Below are positions 51,515-61,503 of a DNA stretch of 64,000 bases, one piece after another; positions within the stretch are counted from its first letter, which is position 1; every line of letters begins with the position of its first letter. The DNA lies in the NCBI GenBank assembly GCA_963762055.1, contig CAVXJF010000001.1, positions 133,466-197,465 of the forward strand, given 5' to 3'. A program made the translations under genes and the position numbers. This DNA is from Vicinamibacterales bacterium. Lineage in GTDB: Bacteria; Acidobacteriota; Vicinamibacteria; Vicinamibacterales; JAMQPK01. Below the pieces are notes generated by a model. The model had not been told where the DNA came from. It ran no database searches and worked only from the letters and a program-made list of their open reading frames with translations.

Positions 51515-51551
51515 TACGAACTTTCGACTCTTCCTTTTTACTTTTTACTTT

Positions 51552-53306
51552 TTACTTCTTACTTCGTATATATCCGTCAACTTCCCCTTCGAGGATCTCC
51601 AGCGGCACCGATCCGGCTGCGAGCACCACGTTGTGGAACGCGCGCTCGGAGAATCGATCTTTCATCTCGGCCTTCGCGCGATCGCGCAGCTCGAGAATCT
51701 TCAATTGCCCGAGCATGTACGAACACGCCTGTCCCGGAGTGGCGACATATCGCTCGATCTCGCTCGCCTCGATGCCGTAGTCGATCGCCTGCTGGCGCGT
51801 CCAGCGCTTCGCGTGCAGTCCGGTGTCGACGACAAGGCGCCGCGCGCGGAACAGCTCGGCCTGCATCTGCCCGAGCAGCCCTTCCGGATCGTTGTCGTAC
51901 CAGCCCGACTCTGCCGCGAGGCGCTCGGCGTAGAGCGCCCAGCCTTCGGTGATGGCGGAAATGCCGCCGAACAACCGCGCCTGGCGGAACGCCGGAAGCG
52001 CCGCATTTTCGACCATCAGGCCAATCTGGAAGTGATGGCCGGGAACGGTTTCGTGGTGGACGAGCGTGCGCAGCTCGAACTTCGTCATGCGCTCGGGCCG
52101 CAGCGGCATTTGAAACACCGCGGGACGCGAGCCGTCGAGGGGCGGAGGCGTGTAGGATGCGGCGGCGTTCGCTTCGCGGAAGCGCGGGTAGGGCTGCGCG
52201 ATCACCGGCCCTTTCGGGCGCATGTCGAATTGAAGAACAGACCGGCGTTGCGCTTCCTGAATCATCACGTCGATGTCGGCCATGATCTGCTTGCGGCCGT
52301 CTTCGGTGAGCGGATAGCTGAGATCTTTCTTCAGCTGCGCGACACGATCTTTCACCGTGCCGCTGGATCGCCCGAGCTTGCGCATCAGCGCGTCCATCTC
52401 GCGCTCGAGGCGGGCCACCTGCCGCAGCCCGATCTCATGAATCTGGTCCGCCGTCAGGTTTGTCGTGGTGTATTGCTTGAGAAAAAACGCGTAGGCCTCC
52501 GCGCCCCCCTCGAACCGCCAGAGGCCCGCATTGTCCGACGAGCGCGGCAGCAGCGACTCGAGATATCCGATTGCCGCTTTCCATTCGGGATACACCGACT
52601 CCGAGACGACGCGCTCGGCTTTCGCCACGAGCGCGGCGCGATCGGCGGCGGGCAGGTCTTTTATTTGTGATGCGCGTTCGTCGAATGCCGTGACGAGCGG
52701 ATTCTGCGCTGCCGGCGTGGCGGAGAACCGCCGCATCTGCTCAATCGTGCGGTTGAGGATGAAGCGCGGCGGGATGAGATCTTTCGCCGCCCGCTGCTTC
52801 GCGTCTTCGACCGTTTCGGCCATCCTCGTGCCGACCAGCGCCAGCCGCGCGACGTAATTCGACGCGTCTCTCGGCGTGCGCAGCGGATGCTGCACGCTCA
52901 GCACGGTAACGAGCCCGATGTTCGCGCCGTTGTGCTGATCGAGCGGAAACTCGTAGTGGTCGTACTTCTCCGAGTCGAGCCAGCTCTGCAGCTGGTAGCG
53001 GAGCAGATCCGCGGACACGCGCTGCGTGTCGGTGAGCTGCGAACGATCGAAGCGCGCGAGCTCCGTCAGCCCGCGTTGGAGGTGCGCGAGCCGCGGGGCG
53101 CGTGCCGCTTCGGTATAAGAGCTCAGCTGCTGCTCGAGGCGATCCTGTTCTTCGCCCGAGAAGTAGCGCGTGCTCACCGCGATGTTGGGATTCATCCGCA
53201 CCCAGGCATCGCTGAACTCGCGAAAGAAGTCGTCGATCGAGCGCTGCTGCGCGGTGGGCGCGACGACACACAGAAGCGCGAGCAAGCCAATCGCTACGTG
53301 CCGCAT
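51552..53306 (-). CDS. DUF885 domain-containing protein (secreted, metallopeptidase-like)
   Basis: 584-aa ORF with a signal peptide; the HETVPGHHFQ motif is typical of DUF885. Confidence 0.85.
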   Translation of the reverse strand: MRHVAIGLLALLCVVAPTAQQRSIDDFFREFSDAWVRMNPNIAVSTRYFSGEEQDRLEQQLSSYTEAARAPRLAHLQRGLTELARFDRSQLTDTQRVSADLLRYQLQSWLDSEKYDHYEFPLDQHNGANIGLVTVLSVQHPLRTPRDASNYVARLALVGTRMAETVEDAKQRAAKDLIPPRFILNRTIEQMRRFSATPAAQNPLVTAFDERASQIKDLPAADRAALVAKAERVVSESVYPEWKAAIGYLESLLPRSSDNAGLWRFEGGAEAYAFFLKQYTTTNLTADQIHEIGLRQVARLEREMDALMRKLGRSSGTVKDRVAQLKKDLSYPLTEDGRKQIMADIDVMIQEAQRRSVLQFDMRPKGPVIAQPYPRFREANAAASYTPPPLDGSRPAVFQMPLRPERMTKFELRTLVHHETVPGHHFQIGLMVENAALPAFRQARLFGGISAITEGWALYAERLAAESGWYDNDPEGLLGQMQAELFRARRLVVDTGLHAKRWTRQQAIDYGIEASEIERYVATPGQACSYMLGQLKILELRDRAKAEMKDRFSERAFHNVVLAAGSVPLEILEGEVDGYIRSKK

Positions 53307-53372
53307 GGTGTCGAATTATAGCGCCCGTATGCAGCGGAGTGTTCTTTGGAAGAGAGTACAATCACGATTCGC

Positions 53373-54085
53373 ATGTCGACGCCCTGGTTGCAGACTGGTC
53401 TATGCGCCGTATTTGTTCTGATCTCCGCACGTCCCGTTTTCGCCCAGGCGCCTCAACCCGCACCTGCCCCAGCCACTCCACGACGCCAGCTGAGCGCCGC
53501 TTTGAATATGGAGTGCGCTTCGGACCGTCGTTCGCCACGCTGACGAGCGTCGAGCCATTCGATCCGGAGCTGGTCGGATCGGCGTTCGAGCCCACCTTGA
53601 ACTACGGCGGCTTCTTCTGGATCCATCTCGCCGGCCCGTGGTCGTTCCAGCCCGAAATCATCTTCGCCGCCAAGGGGCAGCGGGTGCACGACAAAGACGC
53701 GCCACCCACCACGGCGCCCGACGGCGAGCTGAAGCCACCCGTGGCCGACCGCGTCGTCCTCATCCGGTATCTGGATTTCCCGCTGCTCGTGCGTCTGTCG
53801 AAACAGACCGGCGAAGACACGTCGCTGTACCTGATTGGCGGGCCGTCAATCGGATTACTGCGCAATGCCGTCATCCGTCAGGTGGGCGACGCGGAAAAGT
53901 TCGTGGACATCGAAGACATGGTCAAGGGCACCAACCTCTCATTCATCGTCGGCGCCGGCGTCCAGCACAAACGATGGCTGGCCGACGCACGACTCACGAG
54001 AGGCATGCAGAACATCGCGGTCAACCCCGACCCCGTGAACGTCTACGCGAACGCCTTCACCGTGTTGATCGGAGTGCGATTCTGA
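53373..54085 (+). pseudogene. outer-membrane beta-barrel (OMP_b-brl_2 / porin-family) protein with one frame disruption near 53480-53495
   Basis: The signal peptide MSTPWLQTGLCAVFVLISARPVFAQ is in the frame of ORF 53346. The barrel (RFEYGVRFGPSFATL...NAFTVLIGVRF) is in the frame of ORF 53339. Confidence 0.7.
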
Positions 54086-54097
54086 GATGGCATCCAA

Positions 54098-54164
54098 CCA
54101 CAGAGATCACAGAGAACACTGAGAAGAAACAAATATTTCTCTGTGAACTCTGTGTTCTCTGTGG
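54098..54164. repeat. CACAGAG/CTCTGTG-word long hairpin
   Basis: CCACAGAGATCACAGAGAACACTGAGAAGAAA...TTTCTCTGTGAACTCTGTGTTCTCTGTGG. Confidence 0.8.
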
Positions 54165-54308
54165 TCAGGATCCGGCGGTATCAGAATTTACGCTTGTGAT
54201 GTGTGAGGGTGCTGACGATTGGCTACGTGGGCATGCGGGTGGCGATCGCTGGTGGCGATGATCGGCGCAGTGCTGCCCAATCCCTGGAGCCGTTTTGTTT
54301 TGCGCGTA

Positions 54309-54372
54309 GTACCGTAGTGTCCGGCTTTAGCCGGACTTCACGAGGTCCGCCTGAAGGCGGACCCTGACGTAC
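54309..54372. repeat. inverted REP pair: one canonical unit (reverse orientation) and one compensatory-variant unit (forward)
   Basis: GTACCGTAGTGTCCGGCTTTAGCCGGAC (54309-54336) and GGTCCGCCTGAAGGCGGACCCTGACGTAC (54344-54372). Confidence 0.85.
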
Positions 54373-54375
54373 ATG

Positions 54376-54443
54376 CAGAGAACACCGAGAAGAAGGAATT
54401 TCTTCTCCGTGCCCTCTGTGTTCTCTGTGGTCAATCTCTGTGG
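54376..54443. repeat. CACAGAG/CTCTGTG-word long hairpin abutting the M48 gene stop
   Basis: CAGAGAACACCGAGAAGAAGGAATTTCTTCTCCGTGCCCTCTGTGTTCTCTGTGGTCAATCTCTGTGG. The outer stem is CAGAGAACAC/GTGTTCTCTG and the inner stem GAGAAGAA/TTCTTCTC. Confidence 0.8.
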
Positions 54444-55889
54444 TTAAGATCCGGGAACAACGATCTTCAGCCGTGTTCCCGGTTCGGGCTGCTGGTCCAT
54501 GGCGTGATCGTTCATGATCGCCAGCGTCCTGGCGTTCACGAGCCCGCCGCCGGCGCGCTGCGCGATCGACTGCCAGGTGTCCCCCTGCCGCGCGACATAC
54601 AAATCAACGACGTTCGGCTCGATCGCGTCCGCCTCGTTCTGGCTCAACTGCCTGAACGATTGAATCGCCTTGTCGAACCCCGCGACGACGCGCGGGTACA
54701 TGTCGGGCGCGGCGATGCCGCCGATGAAGTAGGTAGTCCGGCCGATGGGGACGTGCGCGCCGCGCGAGACCACCTGGCCGATCCCCGACGCGTTCCCCTG
54801 GTATGTGCCGATGACCGCCTGCAGCCCCGAAATCGAGATTGACGTGATGTCGGCGGTCTTGTATCCCGAGTCGCGCATGTGCTGCTGCGCAATCTGATCG
54901 AGGCTGCGCCCCGGGCGCGGCTCGATCGTCCGCAGCACCATGAAGACCTTGTTCCCCGGTTCCTGGGCGACCACCTGCTCGTCGCTGTTGGTGATTTCCC
55001 AGCCGTCGGGAAATTCGATCGCGAACCGCAGCGCCGGATGCAGGAAGAGATTGCCCCGGACGATGCCGTCTTCGGGATTGTCGCCGAAGACGACGCCGTC
55101 GATACGCGAGAGATACGGATCGCGATCGACGGTAAGGTTTTGGTCAGTAGCCGCGAGCACCTTCTTCACCACGTCGCCGACTTTTACCGCCCGATTTTCC
55201 GGCTGGGGATGTGTGGCCATCCAGTTGGGCACGCCGTTGCGGTCCGCCGCTTCCGATATGCGCGCCAGCGTGGTGAGGAATGCGGGGACTTCGTTGGGAT
55301 CCCATCCGCCGCCCGCCGCATATTCGGCCCCCAGCGCATCCGCCTGAATCTCGTCGTCTCTGCCGAACTTGAGGAAGAGGACGCCGATCCCGCCCTGCGC
55401 CAGGTCGCTGAACGGCCGGACCGCCGGAACGAAGATGCTGGCGGCGAGCACGCCCAGCGACGCGCCCATGCCGCGCGTGTACTGCGCCGCCGAGTGGCGC
55501 GCGGTGACGTGGCCGATCTCGTGGCCGAGGACGCCGACGAGCTGCGCTTCGTTGTCGAGATAGGGCAGGATGCCGCGCGTGATGTAAATGAACCCGCCCG
55601 GCAGCGCGAAGGCGTTGACCGCCGGCGAATCGACGATCGCGAAGCTCCATGGAAGGTTCGGCCGCTGCGATCGCCTCGCCAGCCCCATGCCGAGCTCCCT
55701 CACGTAGTGCTGGAGCTCTTCGTCTTCGTAGAGCCCCATCTCCTGCCGTATCTGTGCGTCCATCTCTCGGCCGACGCTGATTTCCTGCTCCTCACTCATC
55801 AATGAGATCTCGCGCTTTCCCGTGACGGGATTGGTAGCGCAGGCAGCAAGCAGCGCGACAGCGATAACTGCGAAGAAAGTTCGGCTCAT
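54444..55889 (-). CDS. M48-family zinc metalloprotease lipoprotein with C-terminal LysM domain
   Basis: 481-aa ORF: MSRTFFAVIAVALLAAC lipobox, HEIGHVTARH, and a LysM-like YVARQGDTWQSIAQRAG...LAIMN. Confidence 0.88.
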   Translation of the reverse strand: MSRTFFAVIAVALLAACATNPVTGKREISLMSEEQEISVGREMDAQIRQEMGLYEDEELQHYVRELGMGLARRSQRPNLPWSFAIVDSPAVNAFALPGGFIYITRGILPYLDNEAQLVGVLGHEIGHVTARHSAAQYTRGMGASLGVLAASIFVPAVRPFSDLAQGGIGVLFLKFGRDDEIQADALGAEYAAGGGWDPNEVPAFLTTLARISEAADRNGVPNWMATHPQPENRAVKVGDVVKKVLAATDQNLTVDRDPYLSRIDGVVFGDNPEDGIVRGNLFLHPALRFAIEFPDGWEITNSDEQVVAQEPGNKVFMVLRTIEPRPGRSLDQIAQQHMRDSGYKTADITSISISGLQAVIGTYQGNASGIGQVVSRGAHVPIGRTTYFIGGIAAPDMYPRVVAGFDKAIQSFRQLSQNEADAIEPNVVDLYVARQGDTWQSIAQRAGGGLVNARTLAIMNDHAMDQQPEPGTRLKIVVPGS

Positions 55890-56008
55890 CTTTTGTCTCG
55901 GCTACCGGCTAGTCACCGTCAGCATTAGAGGACAGCACGCCGCGATGATACGCCCGTCGTGCAACGCACGTACCATGCTGCGCCGGACCCAATACCTCAA
56001 AATCAGGC

Positions 56009-57645
56009 CTATTTCAGCACTGCCAGCGCCTCGGCGTTCCACAACAGGTGAGGCCGCAGCAGCGACGGGGTGGCGTTGAGCGTGCGCATGCTGGTGACGA
56101 CCCGCACGTGCGGGACGCCGAAGAAGATGGCCGGCATGTGCTGCTGGTAGAGCTTCTGCGCGTCTACGAAGCTCTGCAGACGTTCGATGCGATCGAACGA
56201 GGCGGCGTGTTTCAGCATTAATTGATCTAGTTGCCGCTCCCAGTCGGCCGGCGGCGACGTGCGGGCGCCTGCCGCCCAGGGATGCGCGGCGCCGGAGCTG
56301 AGCCAGAAGTCGAGGTTCATCGCCGGATCGGTGTCGCGCATCTCGATGCGATCGTAGATCGCGTCGTAGTTCCCCTTCTGCCTGCGCGCCGCGAGCGCCG
56401 CGGCGGTGAGCGGCGTGACGTCCACCTGCACGCCGACCGATTTCAACGAAGCGGCGATGAACTCCGCCGCGCGTGCGGCCGACGGTACGTCGTTGCGGAT
56501 CGCCAGCGAGATGCGCACCGGCCTCCGCGCCGCGTCGTTGAGGATGCCGTCGCCGGTGCGATCGCGGAGCCCGAGCTCTTCGAGCATGGCGCGGGCGAGC
56601 GCCGGATCGCCGCGGCCGATCGGCAGATCGGGGTTGAACCACGCAAAGTTCGCCGGCGAGACCGGGCCGCCGGCGGGCGCGCACGCGCCATAGAACACCT
56701 GCTTGCAGTATTCGCCGCGATCGACGGCTGTCGAAATGGCGAGGCGGAACTTTTCATTGGTGAGCCACGGCCGGTCATTCTCTTCCCGGGGGTCCTCGCC
56801 GGGGCGGATCCACATCGCGTCGGCGTCGAGGCCCGGTCCGAGATTGAAGAGACGCGCCTTGCCCGCTGCTTCGAGCTGCTTGATCGCTTCGAAATCTTCG
56901 GCGCGGACGCGCCGCGTCGGCGAAGTCGTGTTCGCCGGGGCGTCCTTCGACAAGGACGATCTCATCGAGATAGGGCAGCGGCTGTTTGTCGCCCGCCGTG
57001 CGCCAGTAATGCGGATTTCTCGCGAAGGCGTTTTTCCCGGCCGGCACGAACGGGCCCACGCCCTGAATCGGGTGGAATGCGAATAGCCGCAGGCCCGGGG
57101 CGAAGGGCTGCGGAAACGTCGCTTCGAGGGTCTGCGGCGTCGAGCGCGCGGATGGCCACCGGTGTGTCGAAGACGTGAATCGGGCGCTGCGAAGTGATGA
57201 CGTCGTGCGCGGTGAACGGGCGGCCATCCGGCCACTTGAGCCCGGCGCGGATCTTCAGCACGAAGACCAGGTGGTCTGGCGATGCCGTCCACGATTCCGC
57301 GAGCCCCGGCTCGATTTCGTCGGTGGCGCGATTCAGGCGAACCAGCGTGGCGCCGGTCAGCCGTTCGGCCGCAAGCGAGGGCATATCGGTGGACCCCGTG
57401 AGCGATCCGCCGCGCGGCAGCGTCACTTCGATGCGCGCCTCGGGGCTCGGCGGCTGCCCTGCTTCTACCGGACGCGTGCCGCTCGAGGCCGATTCCGGAG
57501 CCTGGCGGATCCCCGGCATGGTGAGCCACCAGATGAGGAACGCCGCGAGGCCGACGATGCCGGCAATCGCAAATGCGACAAGCACCCGCCGTGACGGCCG
57601 AGGCGATTCAGGGGCAGCCAATTTCCGCCGGACCGGCCAATCCAC
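56009..57645 (-). pseudogene. ABC transporter substrate-binding protein (family 5, peptide/nickel type), at least two frame disruptions
   Basis: The N-terminal part is in ORF 56962..57645 (...LKWPDGRPFTAHDVI..). The middle is in ORF 56775..57227 (TPQTLEATFPQPFAPGLR...NPHYWR...PLPYLDEIVL). The C-terminal part is in ORF 56009..57529 (AEDFEAIKQLEAAGKARLFNLGPG...). The junctions are near 57140 and 56945. Confidence 0.7.
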
Positions 57646-57852
57646 TGGCCGCTGAAATTTGCACGCAAATGCACATGCGCTTTTCCCTCTTGCCGCCCTG
57701 CTTACTCACGACCGGTCGTGGGTTTTTTTACCGGCCGGTCAATCCATTAGCTGCTATTCACCCGGCGCGGCCTGGCCTGGCACAGGCATCGTACCGCACC
57801 AACTTTAGATACCGCAATGAGTTAGCCGAATCGCGCCGCCCGCTCGGAAATC

Positions 57853-57867
57853 TGGCACACGGTTCGC
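57853..57867 (+). promoter_or_regulatory. candidate sigma-54 (-24/-12) promoter TGGCAC-N5-TCGC
   Basis: TGGCACACGGTTCGC. GG and GC have the canonical spacing and there is one mismatch to TTGC in the -12 element. It lies 76 nt upstream of the HTH gene ATG, and a sigma-54 activator is encoded 3.6 kb downstream. Confidence 0.4.
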
Positions 57868-57942
57868 CAAGGGAAACAGCCGTCAGCCGGTCCCCCAGCT
57901 CGACGACCACATCGCGACCATGGCGACAGGAAGGTTCACGGA

Positions 57943-58200
57943 ATGTTCGAACAGCACCTTGGGCGAAGCGTCACTATCGATCAGGCTGCGACACTGCTTC
58001 ACGTGTCGCGCCGAACGATCTACAACCGAATCCGCGAAGGCAAGCTCCAAACGATCCGCACCATCGGCGGATCGCAGCGCGTGCTGATCGCCTCCCTCGA
58101 CGAGAGCCGGAAGCCGTGGTCGAACCTCGACCCCGAGCACGCGCCCCAGCGCAGGCCTGCAGGGCTGCCGGCCAAGGCGAACGGCGGAGGGAATTCCTGA
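57943..58200 (+). CDS. excisionase/MerR-superfamily helix-turn-helix DNA-binding protein
   Basis: 85 aa: TIDQAATLLHVSRRTIYNRIREGKLQTIR. AGGAAGG lies 8 nt upstream of the ATG. Confidence 0.75.
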   Translation: MFEQHLGRSVTIDQAATLLHVSRRTIYNRIREGKLQTIRTIGGSQRVLIASLDESRKPWSNLDPEHAPQRRPAGLPAKANGGGNS

Positions 58201-58228
58201 CCCGAGACGCACGTTAGGGAGGATCCGT

Positions 58229-59027
58229 ATGGCGATACGGCACAAGATTGTGTGGGCATCGAGAGTTCTCACAGCACTTGCGCTGATAACCGTTTCCACC
58301 ACCCCGCTCTGGGCGCAGGAACGCACGCGCCTTCCGGAAACCCTCCGCAAACACGCCGCCTCGAAATCGGCCACGCAGCTCGACGTCATCGTCCGGGGCA
58401 CGGACGATGAGGTCAGCGCCATTGCCGCGCGCCATGGAGTGCGCATCAAGAAGCGGCTCACCGAAGGCGCCGTGCTGCAGGCCAACGGCGCGCAAATCGA
58501 AGCGATCAGCAACGAGACGCCCCGCGTCGCGCGCGACGTCGAGGTGCGGTCGTTCATGTCGATCAGCAACGCGGCGATCGGGGCCGACCAGGTGCAGGCC
58601 GGGCTCGCGGGGATGGGACCGTTCACCGGCGCGGGGATCGGCATCGCGCTGATCGATTCGGGTGTGTGGACCGGCCACCGCTCGCTCGCCGGCCGCGTGG
58701 TGTTCGCGAAAGACTTCGTCGGCGACGGCAAGGGAACGCTCCGGGGGCAGGGGCCCCCGGATTAAAGACGACGTCTACGGTCACGGGACGCATATCGGCG
58801 CGACCATCGCCGGCAGCTCCCCGTATCCGCAGGACGCATCGTTTCAGATGCCATTCCGCGGCGTCGCTCCGGGCGCCAGCCTCATCAGCCTGCGCGTCAT
58901 CGGCGCCGACGGCACCGGCAAGGCGAGCGACGTGCGCGAGGCGATTCTCTGGGCCATCCAGAACCGCCGGCGCTTCAACATCCGCGTCATCAACCTTTCT
59001 CTTGGCGGTCCCGTCGAGTCGTCTTAG
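58229..59027 (+). pseudogene. S8 (subtilisin-family) serine peptidase: frameshifted and 3'-truncated before the catalytic Ser
   Basis: Signal peptide, then an inhibitor-I9-like propeptide, the catalytic Asp in GIALIDSGV and the catalytic His in YGHGTHIGATIAG (in the second frame, with the shift in the G/C runs at 58743-58760). It ends at ...INLSLGGPVESS* with no GTSMA motif. Confidence 0.75.
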
Positions 59028-59035
59028 ATTTCGGT

Positions 59036-59545
59036 GTCAGAGACCCTTCGTATTCGCTACTGTGCTCCTGTTTGGAACGTATGCCGCGACCGTAACGGTT
59101 GCGCTTGACGGACTGATCATGTCCCGCTGGAGGCATAGACGAGAGCCGGTAAAGATTCTATGAAGCCATCGCCGTTGACATCCAGAGAGAGCTGGAGGGA
59201 CACGTCCCGAATGCAGTTTTCGCAATATATCAGAACACGCCCACTGTTGTTTTGCGAACTGCACAAGTGTCGGCTGAATTGAAAATGTCCTTTGACGGCT
59301 TACGCATTCCTATCGGGAGGCAACTTTCGGGATGGGTCGCCGCCCACAAGCAGACAGTGGTCAACGCCGATCCCCAGCTCGATTTCATCGAGGATTGCAC
59401 GCGCTCTTCTAAAGCATGCGGTGTGTACGCCGATAGTTTGCGGCACTATACTCTTCGGTGTGCTCGCGGTTTACCGCCGGTCTGACGCGTTTTTCACACT
59501 CGCCGAGACTCAATACATTGAACGAGACTCAATACATTGAATCTG
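59036..59545 (+). pseudogene. remnant of a membrane-anchored GAF-domain sensor protein
   Basis: Fragments in three frames: FVFATVLLFGTYAATVTVALDGLIMS; FYEAIAVDIQRELEGHVPNAVFAIY...GLRIPIGRQLSGWVAAHKQTVVNADPQLDF; CTPIVCGTILFGVLAVYRRSDAFFT. It also contains a 19-bp tandem duplication. Confidence 0.55.
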
Positions 59546-59765
59546 TCAGCCGATCGGTCGCGTCTTTGCTCGCAAGATGGCATTTCAGACGCAAGAGGTA
59601 CCTTCATAGCTGCAAAGGAAGCTACGCGCGGTGAATTAAGCGACTTAAGAACCCAGCTTATTGTGCCGACCTACTCACGAATGGGCTGACCTGTGGGATC
59701 GAATGAGGGCATCAGCTATGACTCCGACTTAGACTCTCTGCCGTTCGGCGCTTTAACAAAAGTCG

Positions 59766-61445
59766 ATGCTCTCAGATGTTGCAATAACGGTACTTGCCTC
59801 GAGAGTCAATATGGATGCAATCCATTCTTGTCTTATCCAATCAGCGGTTGGGCTAATTCGAACCGGTCACTTTTCTGAGGCCTCGAGTTTATTGGGGGCA
59901 TCTCACCGCGAGGGTCGCTCCTCACCAAAATTAGGTCCTCTTGGTGAAGCACTACTTAGTGACGCCCTTCAGCGCATTGGACGCAACGACGAAGCACAAC
60001 GGATCGCGACTAAAACCTTAGCAAATATCTCGCAGTCTTCTCATATCGCGGCTCGATGCCACTTCGTCCTAGGAAGCATCCTTCGAGAGCGCGGGAACAC
60101 TGCAGAATCGATCGAACGACTCCAAATCGCTGGTCGCCTCTCACACCACGATCTAGAACTATCGTGTTGGATTCAACTGCGCCTAGTAGCAGCAATAGCT
60201 GACCTTCGTGGCAACCATGCTGCACTGGCATGCCTCGACGAAACTAAGCGAATCCTGACGCGCTTTGGCGATGCACGGCCGTTTGCTGCCCTGCATCTTT
60301 GGCTAGTTGAGGCTGAAGCCAAACTCGGACATTTCATAAGAGCACGCCATCATCTCAAGACGGCCGCTTCATTACTGCACGACGTGGATGACGTTTGGCT
60401 GCAAGGCTATCTCGCCGTAAACAGCTCCGCGATGCACTATTACTCTGCTGATATCGCAACGGCACGAGTATGGGCGGAGACGGCAATCAAATTCGCGCAT
60501 ACTTCCGGACATCGAACCACGCGGCGATCCGCATACGTTAACCTAGGAAACATCGAGTTCGCACAGGGCCACCTCGACCATGCTGAGGAGTGCTTCAAGC
60601 TAAGCTTGCAGTACTGCGAGAGGAACTCGATGTATGAAGTCGCTATTCTTGACAATTTAGCCCAAGTTCAGCTTCAGCTCGGAAAGTTACAAGAGTGCAG
60701 AGAGATCTTCGCCAACCTCGAAAACATCGCAAACCAAAATGCTGACGCAAACGGGACTTTGTACACAATCTGGGCACTTCAAACAAAGATTCGACTGCTA
60801 CTTAGTGAGGGAAATAGTGCGGAAGCCGGGACAATAAGTAGCCATCTCGCAGACTTGGCATGCAAGCTGCCACGGGCCAGGGTCAGTGCGATAACGAATC
60901 TCCTCCGGGCAGAAACTTGCCTCGCAAATCGCGAGTCCGAAGCGGGGACTGAGAGCCTTGCAGCGGTACTCTCGCCTGCCACTCAACTTCCGCCAGATGT
61001 CTTTGCTGAGATGGAACGTGTCACCGGTAAAGCTCTAAATGCTGCAGGGATCCCGTGTTTAGCACGCGTTCACTTAGAGCGATCCGTTCGAATGTTCGAA
61101 GCGATTGGTCACGTTCTTGGGAAGCGACGCGCCATCGCAGAGCTGTCTCCATGCTCGACGGTTCCAACGGAGACGGACAACACCGTTGCGACACAGACAT
61201 CACTCGACCGATTTCGCGTCCTTCTTGATACGCGCAGCCGCCCTGAACTATTCGGGCAAGAGGCGATCGCGGTCTTGCGCGATCTGAAGTGCACCTTGTC
61301 CATCGATTTGACGATGGAGACTGACGGCACACTTTGCTCGCTTTATCACCTTGGTGCTCTAAGCAACGTGGCGGAGGAAGTTTCGATAGTACTAAGTACC
61401 CGGAACCTCCCGCCTTCTCACGCTCTCGTTTGTTCCACTTCGTGA
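59766..61445 (+). CDS. TPR-like all-helical repeat protein (559 aa), cytoplasmic
   Basis: A long ORF in the low-G+C island with repeated helical-pair motifs (e.g. AYVNLGNIEFAQGHLDHAEECFKLSLQY, LDNLAQVQLQLGKLQECREIF) and no signal peptide. An alternative start is at 59811. Confidence 0.7.
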   Translation: MLSDVAITVLASRVNMDAIHSCLIQSAVGLIRTGHFSEASSLLGASHREGRSSPKLGPLGEALLSDALQRIGRNDEAQRIATKTLANISQSSHIAARCHFVLGSILRERGNTAESIERLQIAGRLSHHDLELSCWIQLRLVAAIADLRGNHAALACLDETKRILTRFGDARPFAALHLWLVEAEAKLGHFIRARHHLKTAASLLHDVDDVWLQGYLAVNSSAMHYYSADIATARVWAETAIKFAHTSGHRTTRRSAYVNLGNIEFAQGHLDHAEECFKLSLQYCERNSMYEVAILDNLAQVQLQLGKLQECREIFANLENIANQNADANGTLYTIWALQTKIRLLLSEGNSAEAGTISSHLADLACKLPRARVSAITNLLRAETCLANRESEAGTESLAAVLSPATQLPPDVFAEMERVTGKALNAAGIPCLARVHLERSVRMFEAIGHVLGKRRAIAELSPCSTVPTETDNTVATQTSLDRFRVLLDTRSRPELFGQEAIAVLRDLKCTLSIDLTMETDGTLCSLYHLGALSNVAEEVSIVLSTRNLPPSHALVCSTS

Positions 61446-61503
61446 CGCGGCTTCTAGACTAACGGCTTTAGGCTTTCGACGCGTCGTTCAACAAATTTTA
61501 GAT

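Noticed and set aside
51520-51552. The GTAAAAA x3 tract as a coding repeat (ORFs 51458.. and 51504.. on the plus strand).
   Set aside because: The plus-strand ORFs are shadows of DUF885. The tract lies between the DUF885 stop and the oligopeptidase TTG start and is more plausibly an AT-rich promoter or UTR element.
57943-58200. The excisionase-like HTH as a marker of an integrated prophage or ICE.
   Set aside because: There is no integrase, att-like repeat, tRNA or phage gene nearby. The gene is translationally organised with the subtilase gene, so a regulatory role is more likely.
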